64,000 bases of DNA from an uncultured Acidimicrobiaceae bacterium (GCA_964558575.1 CAZLEQ010000011.1:1910-65909); one strand, 5' to 3'. Counted from the stretch's first letter, positions 36,525 through 46,400 are shown. Numbers and translations are program-made. Notes: generated by a model not told the origin, from the letters alone.

Positions 36525-37455
36525 CATAACCAGCGAACGCCCGGTATTTGTAGCCGACGAGTGGGCCGAGCCGACCGATGCCGAGATTTCGCGGCGGCGA
36601 CGCAAGAAGATCTGGACCCGTATCGGGTTCTGGGCGTTGATCGGGCTCATCGCGATCTTCCTCCTGTTCCCCTTCTATTGGGCGATCAACTCGTCGCTGA
36701 AGACAGAGGCTCAACTGCGGATGACACCCGCCACCTTCATTCCCCGTGATCCTGGCACGGGGGATGTATCCATCTCGTTCCGGAACTACGATGCCGTCTT
36801 CAACAACGCCACGTTCATAAGGGCGATCCTCAACAGCACCATTGTCGCCGTCTCGGTGACGGTGGTAGCACTGGTGATCGGCTCTTTCGCTGGATTCGCT
36901 CTGGGGAAACTGCGTTTTCGAGGGAAGAAACCGTCTCTCTACTTGATCCTGTCGATGACGATGTTCCCTCAGATCGCCGTGCTCACCGGTCTCTATGCGG
37001 TGATCGTCAACTTCGGTATCCCGGCGATTCCGTCGATGATTCTGTCTTACATGTTGTTCACCCTGCCCTTCACGGTGTGGGTGCTCACCGCGTTCTTCCA
37101 ACAACTGCCTGGTGACCTCCTCCAATCAGCTCAGGTCGATGGAGCCACGCCGTTTCAGTCCTTCCGGATGATCCTTCTACCCTTGACTGGCCCGGCTCTC
37201 GTCACCACTGGGCTGCTGGCTTTCATTGCCGCCGTCAATGAGTATCTGTTCGCCTTGACTTTCACCACGATCGAGCCCAATGCTCGGACCATCCCCGTAG
37301 CGATCGCCCTGTTCACCGGAACTGTGTCCCGTCAGGAGCCCTTCGGGGAGATCATGGCCGCTGCTGTGATGGTCACCATCCCCTTGATCGTCCTGGTGCT
37401 GATCTTCCAGAAGCGGATCATCGGTGGCCTCACCGCCGGTGCGGTCAAGGGCTGA
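36517..37455 (+). CDS. sugar ABC transporter permease (MalG/ThuG-like)
   Basis: EAA loop DLLQSAQVDGATPFQSFRMILLPLTGP. 8-nt overlap with the upstream permease. Confidence 0.9.
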   Translation: MTDITSERPVFVADEWAEPTDAEISRRRRKKIWTRIGFWALIGLIAIFLLFPFYWAINSSLKTEAQLRMTPATFIPRDPGTGDVSISFRNYDAVFNNATFIRAILNSTIVAVSVTVVALVIGSFAGFALGKLRFRGKKPSLYLILSMTMFPQIAVLTGLYAVIVNFGIPAIPSMILSYMLFTLPFTVWVLTAFFQQLPGDLLQSAQVDGATPFQSFRMILLPLTGPALVTTGLLAFIAAVNEYLFALTFTTIEPNARTIPVAIALFTGTVSRQEPFGEIMAAAVMVTIPLIVLVLIFQKRIIGGLTAGAVKG

Positions 37456-38001
37456 TCAAGACAGCTCCGGCTCGCCGAAGCGCTCCTTGTAGATGTCGGC
37501 CAGAGCCACCGCCAGGAACGGCAGGGGCGCCGCGGCGAAGATCCCCACCGTTGGCAGATACCGCTGCAAGAGCATCGTGTACAACACCGTGATCAACACC
37601 GCGACAACGCGGCTCCCCCGAGTGTGTTGCTCTCCGAGACGAAAAGCGATGACTCCGCCGGCTCCGTAACCGGCGACGAGTCCAGTGGGGATGTTCCCGA
37701 TTGCGATCGGGATCGTGACCACCAGCCACACGACGGTAGCCCCAAGGGTCGCCGCAAGTGTCCTCGGGTTCACCGAGACGAAGGCGGCCACAGCGAAGAC
37801 CGCGGGCACCAGACCCAAGGCGATACCAAAGAGCCCTCCGGCGAATGTCGTCTCGCTTCCGGAGGCGACCGCGAACGACCAGATGAACATCAGGTACGAG
37901 GCCAGGAGCATCACGGTTCCCAGTAACACCGCCAGCCACCGGCGTCTCTCGCTCGGTTTGCGTTCCTCCGCCTTCGTCACGCTGCAGAGCGTAGGGATCA
38001 A
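37456..38001 (-). CDS. hypothetical integral membrane protein
   Basis: 5-6 hydrophobic segments. 4-nt overlap with the upstream ORF. No family recognised. Confidence 0.5.
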   Translation of the reverse strand: MIPTLCSVTKAEERKPSERRRWLAVLLGTVMLLASYLMFIWSFAVASGSETTFAGGLFGIALGLVPAVFAVAAFVSVNPRTLAATLGATVVWLVVTIPIAIGNIPTGLVAGYGAGGVIAFRLGEQHTRGSRVVAVLITVLYTMLLQRYLPTVGIFAAAPLPFLAVALADIYKERFGEPELS

Positions 38002-38522
38002 GCCACGGGTTCGAAGGAGAGGAACGGCTCGGGGACCCAGCCAACCTGCGCCGGCGACCCGGGAATCCGAACCATGTAATAGTCGAGGACCGGGTTCTCC
38101 TGATACAGGACGATCTCGACTCGCGTGCCATGTGGGGCACCGCCGGCCACGCTCTTGCGAAGGTGGCTGTCGTAGACCAGCACCTGCGGCTGAATCAACT
38201 CACCGCGCCAGAGCCCGGAAAGCCAAGCCGAGTTGTCCTCGTCGCCCCACCGCACCGGAATTCCGCATCGGGAGGGGTCGGGGTTGTCGTCGAAAGGAAG
38301 CGATGGCACATCGGGATCTCGCTCTATGTCGAACACGGTCGGCGAACTGCTGGGCGCATGGGCCAGGCTGCCCCCCACCTCGCCGGTGAACAGGTACCAG
38401 CCTGCCAACACCGAACCGACGAACGCTGCGACGAGCACCACGACGGTTTGCCCACGCCTCATGGTCTGGCCAACAGCGCCGTCACCGCTTCTAATCCGTG
38501 TTGTGGCGTGGCGCGCGGCCAT
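37998..38522 (-). CDS. hypothetical membrane-anchored/secreted protein with SH3b-like C-terminus
   Basis: TM segment VVVLVAAFVGSVLAGWYLF. The C-terminus GTRVEIVLYQENPVLDYYMVRIPGSPAQVGWVPEPFL resembles bacterial SH3. Weak assignment. Confidence 0.45.
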   Translation of the reverse strand: MAARHATTRIRSGDGAVGQTMRRGQTVVVLVAAFVGSVLAGWYLFTGEVGGSLAHAPSSSPTVFDIERDPDVPSLPFDDNPDPSRCGIPVRWGDEDNSAWLSGLWRGELIQPQVLVYDSHLRKSVAGGAPHGTRVEIVLYQENPVLDYYMVRIPGSPAQVGWVPEPFLSFEPVA

Positions 38523-38575
38523 CGCTATCGGCTAGGTTCACCAAACGCAACCTGGCTCGTGAGAAGAGAGGACCG

Positions 38576-39805
38576 ATGGCCGCCATCACCATGGAAGGAC
38601 TAGGAAAGATCTACGAGGGCGGGACCCGGGCCGTTGGCGGCGTGGATCTCGAAATCAAAGACGGCGAGTTTCTGGTACTTGTCGGCCCTTCAGGATGTGG
38701 CAAGTCGACGATTCTGAGGATGATCGCCGGGCTGGAGGAGATCAGCGAAGGCACGATGAAAATCGGTGACCGAGTGGTGAACGAAGTGGCACCCAAGGAC
38801 CGAGACATCGCCATGGTCTTTCAGAACTATGCCCTCTATCCACACATGAGCGTGTTCGACAACATGGCCTTCGGTCTCAAACTCAGGAAGATGGACAAGA
38901 CCGAGATCGAGCGTCGGGTCCACGAGGCCGCCGATGTCCTCGAGATCAAGGACCTGCTCGGCCGCAAACCGAAGGCGCTCTCGGGCGGCCAGAGACAGCG
39001 AGTGGCGATGGGGCGGGCGATCGTGCGCGAGCCCGCGGCCTACCTGATGGACGAGCCCCTCTCGAACCTGGATGCAAAGCTGAGGGTGCAGATGCGTTCC
39101 GAACTCGAACGCTTGCATGCGCGACTCGGCACTACCACCGTCTACGTCACTCACGATCAAGTCGAGGCGATGACGCTTGGTGACCGGGTGGCGGTTCTCC
39201 GGGCCGTTTCGCCGCGGGCTCCATACAACCTGCAGCAGGTTGGTGCTCCCACCGAGCTGTTCAATAGCCCCGACAACCTCTTCGTGGCCGGTTTCATAGG
39301 CAGCCCTGCCATGAACCTGACCTACGGACACTTGGAGGCGGAGGGAGACAAAGTCTGGGCCGTGCTTCCCAACACGCGGCTGTTGGTCGGCAAACGATCC
39401 CTCGAAAAGCATCCCGGTTTGGAAGACCGGATGAACGACGAGATCGTGATCGGTGTCAGGCCGAGCGATCTGGAGGCGGCCTCAGTTGCCGGACACGATC
39501 CGGATCGAACCCTCGACGCCAAAGCAGAGGTGAGCGAGATGCTCGGAGCGGACACCTTCGTCCATTTCACGGTGAATCGGAATCCCGTGGTGACGCCAGA
39601 CATCGAGGAGCTCCTCGCCGACGCCGGCCAGGACGCCTCGTCAATGGGTGATACCACCAACTTCATTGCCCGGGTCAGCCCCGACGTTCGGGTCAGCCAT
39701 GGCGATACTCTGCAGCTCACCGTCGACTGCGACAAGCTGCTCTTCTTCGACGCCGAGACGGGCGACCGGATCGGGGTCGAGAAGCCCGCGGTCGTCACCG
39801 CCTGA
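38576..39805 (+). CDS. sugar ABC transporter ATP-binding protein (MalK/MsiK/UgpC type)
   Basis: Walker A GPSGCGKST, Q-loop, signature LSGGQRQRVAMGRA, Walker B YLMDEPLSNLD and a TOBE-like C-terminal regulatory domain. Confidence 0.92.
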   Translation: MAAITMEGLGKIYEGGTRAVGGVDLEIKDGEFLVLVGPSGCGKSTILRMIAGLEEISEGTMKIGDRVVNEVAPKDRDIAMVFQNYALYPHMSVFDNMAFGLKLRKMDKTEIERRVHEAADVLEIKDLLGRKPKALSGGQRQRVAMGRAIVREPAAYLMDEPLSNLDAKLRVQMRSELERLHARLGTTTVYVTHDQVEAMTLGDRVAVLRAVSPRAPYNLQQVGAPTELFNSPDNLFVAGFIGSPAMNLTYGHLEAEGDKVWAVLPNTRLLVGKRSLEKHPGLEDRMNDEIVIGVRPSDLEAASVAGHDPDRTLDAKAEVSEMLGADTFVHFTVNRNPVVTPDIEELLADAGQDASSMGDTTNFIARVSPDVRVSHGDTLQLTVDCDKLLFFDAETGDRIGVEKPAVVTA

Positions 39806-39813
39806 TCGGTCAG

Positions 39814-41013
39814 TCAGGACTGGTCGGGGTCGAAGCCGGGAAATCCGCTCTCGATCCAGGTTTCGAAGGCCTCCCACGCGTCGACGTCGGCCTGACGTTC
39901 CGTGGCCATCGCCATGCGGAAGTTGAGGTAGTCGCAATAGCCCTGGACCGGGTCGTCACCGAACCACTCCTCGCCGATCCTCTCCACCATCGGCTCGAAC
40001 TGTCCGCTGAGCCACTTGAAAGTGCCGACGCTCTTGCGGGTGGTGGTGAGGTCGCCGTGCTTCGAGAGGAAGTAGTTGAGGTCGCTGAGGACCAGCTTCG
40101 CCTGGTTCTCCGACGCCTCGATCCCCGTGCGCTGCCTGAGGTTGTCCGAGTTGTAGGTGCGGCCACCGACATGGGTGATCAGTCGCACTCTGTTGCCTCC
40201 GTCCACCGGGGTCATCTCCAGGTCGTCGACGGCGAATCCCAAATCGTTGATCCGGCCGATCCGTTGCCGGATCCGATAGTGGTCGTCGCGGGTGATCACC
40301 AGCTCTTCGTTCAGCTCCGACCACAGGCCGTGATAGCGGTTCTCGACATCCCAGCCCAGGCCGATGTCGGCCCCCTCGATGTCCTCTCCCATCTCTGCGG
40401 CGATGTCGCCCATCTCCCCGGCGACGTTCTCCTTCATGATCTCGATGTCCTCGAGCCGCTGGCCGACACTGAGGGAGCCGTGGAGCTCCGAGGTCTCCGC
40501 GTCGATCATGATCGCCTCGATCTGGCCGGCGTCGAACCGGTAGAGGACGTTCGAGAGCGAGCAGTCACCCCAATAGCACCCGGCCATGTGCAACTCGACC
40601 AGGAGACCGGCCAGGGCGTCCAGCATCTGGTTTCGCCGCGCCCCGAAGCCGGCCCCCGACACCAGTCTTCGATAGAGGAAGGAGTGGTCGACATACCGGG
40701 TGATGACCACTCCCGCACCTTCCTCGTGCGGGTCGAGCCAGTCGCGCTCGGCGAGCCCGGCCGGCTCGGCCGAACGGTGTGTGCGGGCCTGCAGCGTTCG
40801 CAGCACCCGGTACTCGTTGACGGCCAGCCGCAGCGACATCTCCTTGATGGCGTAGACGCCCTCGTCGTACGCGGCGAAGACCACGGGATGGCGGTGGACC
40901 CCGGTGGGCATCGTCACCAGCCGTTCGTCGGTCCACTCGTCGACAGGATGCTCCCAGGGGAGATCGAGGAAGTCCGGGTTGTTGGGACGCACCTGCAATT
41001 TCGGAGTGCCCAT
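39814..41013 (-). CDS. DUF4032 domain-containing protein (kinase-like fold)
   Basis: YAIKEMSLRLAVNEYRVLRTL...LVELHMAGCYWGDCSLSNVLYRFDAG...IDAETSE resembles the LPS-kinase/RIO-like core of DUF4032. Start overlaps the ROK stop (TGATG). Confidence 0.8.
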   Translation of the reverse strand: MGTPKLQVRPNNPDFLDLPWEHPVDEWTDERLVTMPTGVHRHPVVFAAYDEGVYAIKEMSLRLAVNEYRVLRTLQARTHRSAEPAGLAERDWLDPHEEGAGVVITRYVDHSFLYRRLVSGAGFGARRNQMLDALAGLLVELHMAGCYWGDCSLSNVLYRFDAGQIEAIMIDAETSELHGSLSVGQRLEDIEIMKENVAGEMGDIAAEMGEDIEGADIGLGWDVENRYHGLWSELNEELVITRDDHYRIRQRIGRINDLGFAVDDLEMTPVDGGNRVRLITHVGGRTYNSDNLRQRTGIEASENQAKLVLSDLNYFLSKHGDLTTTRKSVGTFKWLSGQFEPMVERIGEEWFGDDPVQGYCDYLNFRMAMATERQADVDAWEAFETWIESGFPGFDPDQS

Positions 41014-41873
41014 CAAATCACCCCTGAAGCGGCGAGGAGCAGCGCTCCGGCAAGCCCCGACTGCTCTCCGAGACCGGGTGGCGATATCAGCAGGTCGAGG
41101 TCGGGGCTATCCGGATAGCCGGCGAGCATGGCCTCCACCCGGTCGCGCAGGCGCTCGTGGAACGTGGGGAGACGGGACACACCACCTCCGACCACGATCC
41201 TCTCGGGAGCGACGGTGTAGATCAGGTCGACCATTCCCTGGGCGAGGTAGTAGACGACGAGGTCGGTCACCGTATCGTTCCCCGGCCAGGTCTCGGGCTT
41301 GCCGAACCGAGCCTCCAGAGCGGGGCCCGCGGTCATGCCTTCGAGACAGTCGCCGTGATACGGGCACGACCCGGGGTGTTGGTCGTCGGGGTGCCGTCTC
41401 ACCGCGACGTGTCCCATCTCGGGGTGACGCTCGCCACCGAGAGGCTCGCCATGGACCACCACCCCGGCACCGATGCCCGTGCCCACGGTGACGTAGACGA
41501 AGTTGGCCATCCCTTGGGCCGCCCCCCAGCGCCCCTCACCGCGGGCGGCGCCGTTGACGTCGGTGTCGAGCACCACGGGAACACTGAGCCCATGGCTGAG
41601 TCGCTGGTAGACCGGTACACCGCTCCAGCCCGCCTTGGGCGTGAGCAACATCGTGCCGTACCTCGGGCTGGCTCGGTCCAGGTTCAGGGGGCCAAAGGAC
41701 GCCACCCCCACCGCGGCCACCTCCCGGGCGGTGAGATAGCCGATGATGGCTTCGAGGGTCTCGTCGGGGTCGGTGGTGGCGATCCGGTGCGGCTCTGCCA
41801 TGTCGTCGTGGCTGGTGCCAACGGTCATGTCGGTCTTGGTCCCACCCATCTCCACCGCGCCGTAAGAGGTCAC
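41013..41873 (-). CDS. ROK family sugar kinase (fructokinase/glucokinase-like)
   Basis: GAVEMGGTK...VVLDTDVNGAARGE...VYVTVGTGIGAGVV...GHV...CPYHGDCLE has the ROK signature with a Zn-binding Cys/His motif. Confidence 0.85.
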   Translation of the reverse strand: MTSYGAVEMGGTKTDMTVGTSHDDMAEPHRIATTDPDETLEAIIGYLTAREVAAVGVASFGPLNLDRASPRYGTMLLTPKAGWSGVPVYQRLSHGLSVPVVLDTDVNGAARGEGRWGAAQGMANFVYVTVGTGIGAGVVVHGEPLGGERHPEMGHVAVRRHPDDQHPGSCPYHGDCLEGMTAGPALEARFGKPETWPGNDTVTDLVVYYLAQGMVDLIYTVAPERIVVGGGVSRLPTFHERLRDRVEAMLAGYPDSPDLDLLISPPGLGEQSGLAGALLLAASGVI

Positions 41874-41910
41874 GCCGGGACTCTAAGACCGACAGTGCAG
41901 CGTTCCGGGG

Positions 41911-42699
41911 TCAGCCTGCCTTGGCCTGCTTCTCCTTGGTGGCCTCGACCGACGCCTTGAGTGCCTCGAGCAGGTCGACAACCTTGGTCGGTTCAGGCGA
42001 TGCGGGTGCCACGATCTCCTCCCCGGCGACCTTCTTCTCGGCCAACTGCTCCACCGCTTCCCTAGTGGTGTCGACGAACTCGCTGCCTTCGAAAGGTCGG
42101 GTCAGGTTGTCGATGATCGACGCCGCCATCTCCACCTCTTCGGGACGGACCTCCACTTCGGCGCCCAGCTCCTCGAATTCGGCGGCGCGGATCTCATCGG
42201 GCCAGAACATGGTCTCCATGACGATCACGTCGTCCTTCACCCGAAGCGTGGCCAGCTGGGTCTTCTCCCGGATCGACACCTTGGCGATGCCCACCCGGCC
42301 TTTCCCCTCCAACGCCTCCGCCAGGATCCGGTACGCCTTCACGCCCGTCTTCTCAGGAGCCAGGTAGTAGGACTTCTGGTACATCATCGGGTCGATCTCG
42401 TCCTCGTCGACGAACTGGATCACATCGACCAGCTTGTTCCCGTCCGGATGGGCCGCGTTCAACTCCTCGTCGGTGAAGACGACGTAGCGGTCCTTCTCGA
42501 ACTCGTAGCCCTTGACGATGTCCTCCCACTGGACCTCTTCTCCGTCGGCTTCGGCGACCCTCTTGTAGCGAATCGGCGAGTGGTCGTTCTTCCGGAGTTG
42601 TTTGAATTTGGGGGTCCTGTTGTCCGTGGCCGTGTACATCCCGACCGGGATGGTCACCAGGCCGAAATTGATTGCACCCTTCCAGATGGCTCTCGGCAT
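41911..42699 (-). CDS. ku: Ku protein (non-homologous end joining)
   Basis: MPRAIWKGAINFGLVTIPVGMYTATD...YYLAPEK...; 262 aa. The ORF-track entry 41911..44178 is an artefactual extension. Confidence 0.92.
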   Translation of the reverse strand: MPRAIWKGAINFGLVTIPVGMYTATDNRTPKFKQLRKNDHSPIRYKRVAEADGEEVQWEDIVKGYEFEKDRYVVFTDEELNAAHPDGNKLVDVIQFVDEDEIDPMMYQKSYYLAPEKTGVKAYRILAEALEGKGRVGIAKVSIREKTQLATLRVKDDVIVMETMFWPDEIRAAEFEELGAEVEVRPEEVEMAASIIDNLTRPFEGSEFVDTTREAVEQLAEKKVAGEEIVAPASPEPTKVVDLLEALKASVEATKEKQAKAG

Positions 42700-42759
42700 G
42701 GGGACAACTCTACGCGTTGTCGGGGACAGAATCGCCAGGTGCTCGATACGCTCGATGGA

Positions 42760-43263
42760 ATGAGCGATGAGCCGACACCTGAGCTCGACCCGAGATACTC
42801 CGGCACGGACGCGGATGCCGTACCGTGGCCAGAGACCGAGACGACGTTGCGGGACGCTGGCCTTTATTGGCTGTCGACGGTGCGTCCCAATGGTCGTCTC
42901 CATGTCACCCCACTCGTCGGTGTCTGGCACGACGGCCGGATGTACTTCACGACCGGCGCCGAGGAGAGAAAGGCGTTGAACCTCGAGCAGAATCCCAACT
43001 GCGTTCTCACCACCGGCAACAACGAATGGGACAGAGGATTCGACGTAGTCGTGGAGGGGAGAGCCAACCGGGTCCACGACACTGTCCGGCTCCGCGAAGT
43101 CGCCGATGCCTACCAATCCAAGTATGGCGATGCCTGGTCTTTCAAGGTGACGGGCTCGGTTTTCGTCAATCGGAGAATGAAGTCGATCGTCTTCGAAGTG
43201 GCCCCGGAGACCGTGTTCGGATTCGGCAAGGGCCCATTCAGCCAGACGCGATACCGGTTCTGA
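42760..43263 (+). CDS. pyridoxamine 5'-phosphate oxidase-like (PPOX/F420-type split-barrel) protein
   Basis: LYWLSTVRPNGRLHVTPLVGVWHDGRMYFTTG...NPNCVLTTG pattern; 167 aa. Confidence 0.75.
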   Translation: MSDEPTPELDPRYSGTDADAVPWPETETTLRDAGLYWLSTVRPNGRLHVTPLVGVWHDGRMYFTTGAEERKALNLEQNPNCVLTTGNNEWDRGFDVVVEGRANRVHDTVRLREVADAYQSKYGDAWSFKVTGSVFVNRRMKSIVFEVAPETVFGFGKGPFSQTRYRF

Positions 43264-43328
43264 CGACCGACATCGACTGTGCACGGGTGCGCCCTCACCG
43301 CGCCTGATTGCACGCTCGACGTCACTGG

Positions 43329-44111
43329 TCACTCGAGCCCGTGGAGCTCCAGGGCGAGGTGGCTGGTCATGCCCCCGTCGACGGCGATGTTGCTCCCACG
43401 GACCCAACCCGACTCGTCTGAGAGGAGAAAGGCCACCACCGGCGCGATCTCGTCGGGTCGGCCCGGGCGGTCCATCAGCTCCATGATCCGCTTGGCCCGC
43501 CCCAGGGTGTCGATGAAGTCGGCCAACGCCGGGGTGTCGATCGGCCCCGGGCTCACCGAGTTGACCCTGATGCCTCGGTCCCGCCATCGCCACCGGTTCC
43601 TCATCGTCCAGGTGATCACGAACTCCTTCGAGAAAAAGTAGCTGGCCCCTTCCTCGAGGAGCCCGTGCTCTGCGGCGAAACGCTCCAGGGCCCCTGTCTC
43701 GAAGGGTATCTCGTCGAAGGCGCGCAGGGCATCGACCCGTTTGGCCCAACCGCTGCCGGCCGACGAGGCGATGTTCACGATCGAGGCGTCGTCGGCGAGG
43801 CGGGGAGCCAGAGCGACGGTGAGGCGCTCCAATCCCTTCGCATTGAGGGCGAGCACCGACGCTGGTGGCCCCGACGGAGGGACCCCGGCGACATTGCACA
43901 ACCCGTGGGCCCCGGGGGCGATTCGTTCCACCAGGCCGTCGATCTGGGCCGGGTCGCTGAGATCGACCTCGAAGTGCTCGTCGGCGAGATTGGACGGTTT
44001 GATGTCGACACCCACGATCGTGGCCCCTCGGTCCTTCAGATATCGCGCCGTGGCGAGCCCGATACCGGAGGCAACGCCGGTCACCACCACGCGTCTGCCG
44101 GTGAGATCCAT
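43329..44111 (-). CDS. SDR family oxidoreductase (3-alpha-HSD / coniferyl-alcohol dehydrogenase-like)
   Basis: VVVTGVASGIGLATARYL cofactor loop, NIASSAG and IRVNSVSPGPIDTP. Confidence 0.85.
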   Translation of the reverse strand: MDLTGRRVVVTGVASGIGLATARYLKDRGATIVGVDIKPSNLADEHFEVDLSDPAQIDGLVERIAPGAHGLCNVAGVPPSGPPASVLALNAKGLERLTVALAPRLADDASIVNIASSAGSGWAKRVDALRAFDEIPFETGALERFAAEHGLLEEGASYFFSKEFVITWTMRNRWRWRDRGIRVNSVSPGPIDTPALADFIDTLGRAKRIMELMDRPGRPDEIAPVVAFLLSDESGWVRGSNIAVDGGMTSHLALELHGLE

Positions 44112-44162
44112 GGCGCCACGCTACCGGGGCCGTGCCCGCGTCGCCCTCTATCGTGCGGGGTC

Positions 44163-46400
44163 GTGCGTGCCAGAACACAGCCGACCCGGCGTCGTCTCGA
44201 GGATCGCCGCTTCATCACCGGTGCGGCCAGTTATGTGTCCGACCTCATCGGGGCCGACGACCTCCACGCCCACTTCTATCGCAGCCCCGTCGCCCACGGT
44301 GTGCTCGGCTCGGTCGACATCGATGCCGCCTCGGACATGCCCGGGGTGGCAGCGATTCACACCGGTGCCGACATCGGCGTGCCCCCGATCGGCGGCGGAG
44401 CTCATGTCGGGGAGGCTCGATTCGAGCGTCCGCTGCTCGCCACCGGCAAAGTCCGCTATGTCGGCGAGCCGATCGCCGTGGTCCTCGCCGAGACCAAGAC
44501 ACAGGCCGTGGATGCCGCCGGGACGATCTGGGCCGATCTCGAGCCCCTCGGTGCGGTCATCGACCCGGGGAGCGCCGCCCACCACGCGATGTCCCTCTTC
44601 GATGAGGGCAACGTGGCTTTCCGTGGCCGCGTCGGCTCGGAGACGTCGGGTCGCGAGTACCCCCTGTCCGCCACCGTGACTACGCACAACCAGCGTCTCG
44701 CCCCTGCCTCGATAGAGGGTCTGGCGATCCGTGCCGCGCCCACCCAAACCGATGGTCTGGTGGTCCACTGCGGTCATCAGGCGCCACACCGCCTCCGCAC
44801 CCAACTCGCTCTTCAGCTGGGACTGGACCCTTCCCGGGTCCGGGTCGTGGTTCCCGACGTGGGTGGGGCCTTTGGAATGAAGGGGGGACTGTTCCCCGAA
44901 TACTTGGTAGTGGTTGCCGCTGCCATCCGACACCTCCGGCCGGTGGTTTGGATCGAGGAGCGTCGCGAGCACTTCCAGAGTGGAACCCACGGGCGGGGAC
45001 AGACCCACACGGTCACCTTGGAAGGCGAGGCCGATGGCCTTATCAGGAGGGCGAACATCGAGATCGTCGCCGACCTGGGCGCCTATCCCCACACCGGGTC
45101 GCACATCCCTCATCTCTCCAGCTTCGTTGCGCAGGGTCTCTACGACATCGAGGAGGTAACCGTCGACATCACCGGCGTGGTCACCAACCTCGCCCCCACC
45201 GGGTCCTATCGGGGGGCGGGCCGGCCCGAGGCCGCCTTCGCCTTGGAGCGAGCGGTGGACGAGTTTGCCGTGGTGGCGGGTCTCGACCCGGCGGCGGTGA
45301 GGAAGATGAACTTCGTCGCCCCCGACCAGCTGCCCTATCCCAACCGGACTGGTGCCACCTACGACAGTGGGGACTACGCCAGGGCGCTCGACATCGCCCT
45401 CGACATGGTGGACATCGAGTCGGTCCGCGCCGAACAGCAGCGACGCCGCCGTGATGGAGGCGATCCGATCGGTGTGGGCATCGGTGCCTTCGTGGAGAGA
45501 GCCGGCGGTGCCACCGGTACCGGAGAGTTCGGCCACGTCAGGATCGGAGCCGACGGAGGGGTGGAGGTCATGACCGGGTCCACCTCGGCAGGGCAGGGCC
45601 ACGAGACGGTGTGGCCGCAACTACTGGCTCCGATGTTCGGGATCGCCCCAGACGAAGTCGTCGTGATGTCCGGGGACACCGGCCTGGTCGCCGAGGGGGT
45701 GGGGACCTTCGCCAGCAGATCCGCCCAGCTCACCGGGTCGGCTCTGGTGCGGATGGCGGAGGTTGTCATCAGCGAGATGAAACAGAGGGCCGCCGCCGTG
45801 CTCGAGGCCAGCGTCGAGGATCTGGTCCTCGCCGAAGGCCGGGTACACGTGGCCGGAGACCCACAGTCAGGTGTCGGTTTCGCCGACCTCTCCGGCGCGG
45901 AGAGCTCGGAGATGTTCGTTCCCGAGTCACAGACGTTCCCCTTCGGTGTCCACGTCGCGGTGGTCGAGGTGTCCATGGCCACCGGGGAGGTGGCCATCGA
46001 GAGATACGTGGCGGTCGACGACTGCGGCAACGTGCTCAACCCGATGATCGTCCATGGCCAGGTGGTGGGGTCGCTGGCCCAGGGTTACGGACAGGCGGTG
46101 CTCGAGGGCATCGTTTACTCCGAGAACGGCGATCCGGTGACTGCCAGCTTCATGGACTATCTGGTCCCGTCGGCGATGGACACCCCGACATTCACCCTCG
46201 GGCGCACCTACAGTCCGGCGCCGTCGAACCCATTGGGGGTGAAGGGCACCGGTGAGGCCGGTTGTATCGGGGCTCCGCCGGCGATCGTCAACGCCGCCGT
46301 CGACGCACTCCGGCCATACGGGGTCACCGATCTGCAGATGCCCCTACGGCCCCACCGGGTCTGGGAGGCGGTGAGGAACGCCTCAGGCCACCGCGGCTGA
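44163..46400 (+). CDS. xanthine dehydrogenase/CoxL family molybdopterin-binding subunit (form II CoxL-like)
   Basis: RRLEDRRFITGAASYVSDL...YRSPVAHG and an active-site loop PTGSYRGAGRPE (form II AYRGAGR type rather than form I AYxCSFR). GTG 44163. Confidence 0.85.
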   Translation: MRARTQPTRRRLEDRRFITGAASYVSDLIGADDLHAHFYRSPVAHGVLGSVDIDAASDMPGVAAIHTGADIGVPPIGGGAHVGEARFERPLLATGKVRYVGEPIAVVLAETKTQAVDAAGTIWADLEPLGAVIDPGSAAHHAMSLFDEGNVAFRGRVGSETSGREYPLSATVTTHNQRLAPASIEGLAIRAAPTQTDGLVVHCGHQAPHRLRTQLALQLGLDPSRVRVVVPDVGGAFGMKGGLFPEYLVVVAAAIRHLRPVVWIEERREHFQSGTHGRGQTHTVTLEGEADGLIRRANIEIVADLGAYPHTGSHIPHLSSFVAQGLYDIEEVTVDITGVVTNLAPTGSYRGAGRPEAAFALERAVDEFAVVAGLDPAAVRKMNFVAPDQLPYPNRTGATYDSGDYARALDIALDMVDIESVRAEQQRRRRDGGDPIGVGIGAFVERAGGATGTGEFGHVRIGADGGVEVMTGSTSAGQGHETVWPQLLAPMFGIAPDEVVVMSGDTGLVAEGVGTFASRSAQLTGSALVRMAEVVISEMKQRAAAVLEASVEDLVLAEGRVHVAGDPQSGVGFADLSGAESSEMFVPESQTFPFGVHVAVVEVSMATGEVAIERYVAVDDCGNVLNPMIVHGQVVGSLAQGYGQAVLEGIVYSENGDPVTASFMDYLVPSAMDTPTFTLGRTYSPAPSNPLGVKGTGEAGCIGAPPAIVNAAVDALRPYGVTDLQMPLRPHRVWEAVRNASGHRG

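Noticed and set aside
41911-44178. 755-aa ORF on the minus strand
   Set aside because: Only the last 789 nt (41911..42699) encode Ku, starting at MPRAIWKG. The upstream part is Arg/Pro/Gly-rich, runs antisense or out of frame through the PPOX-like and SDR genes, and is a typical GC-rich long-ORF artefact.
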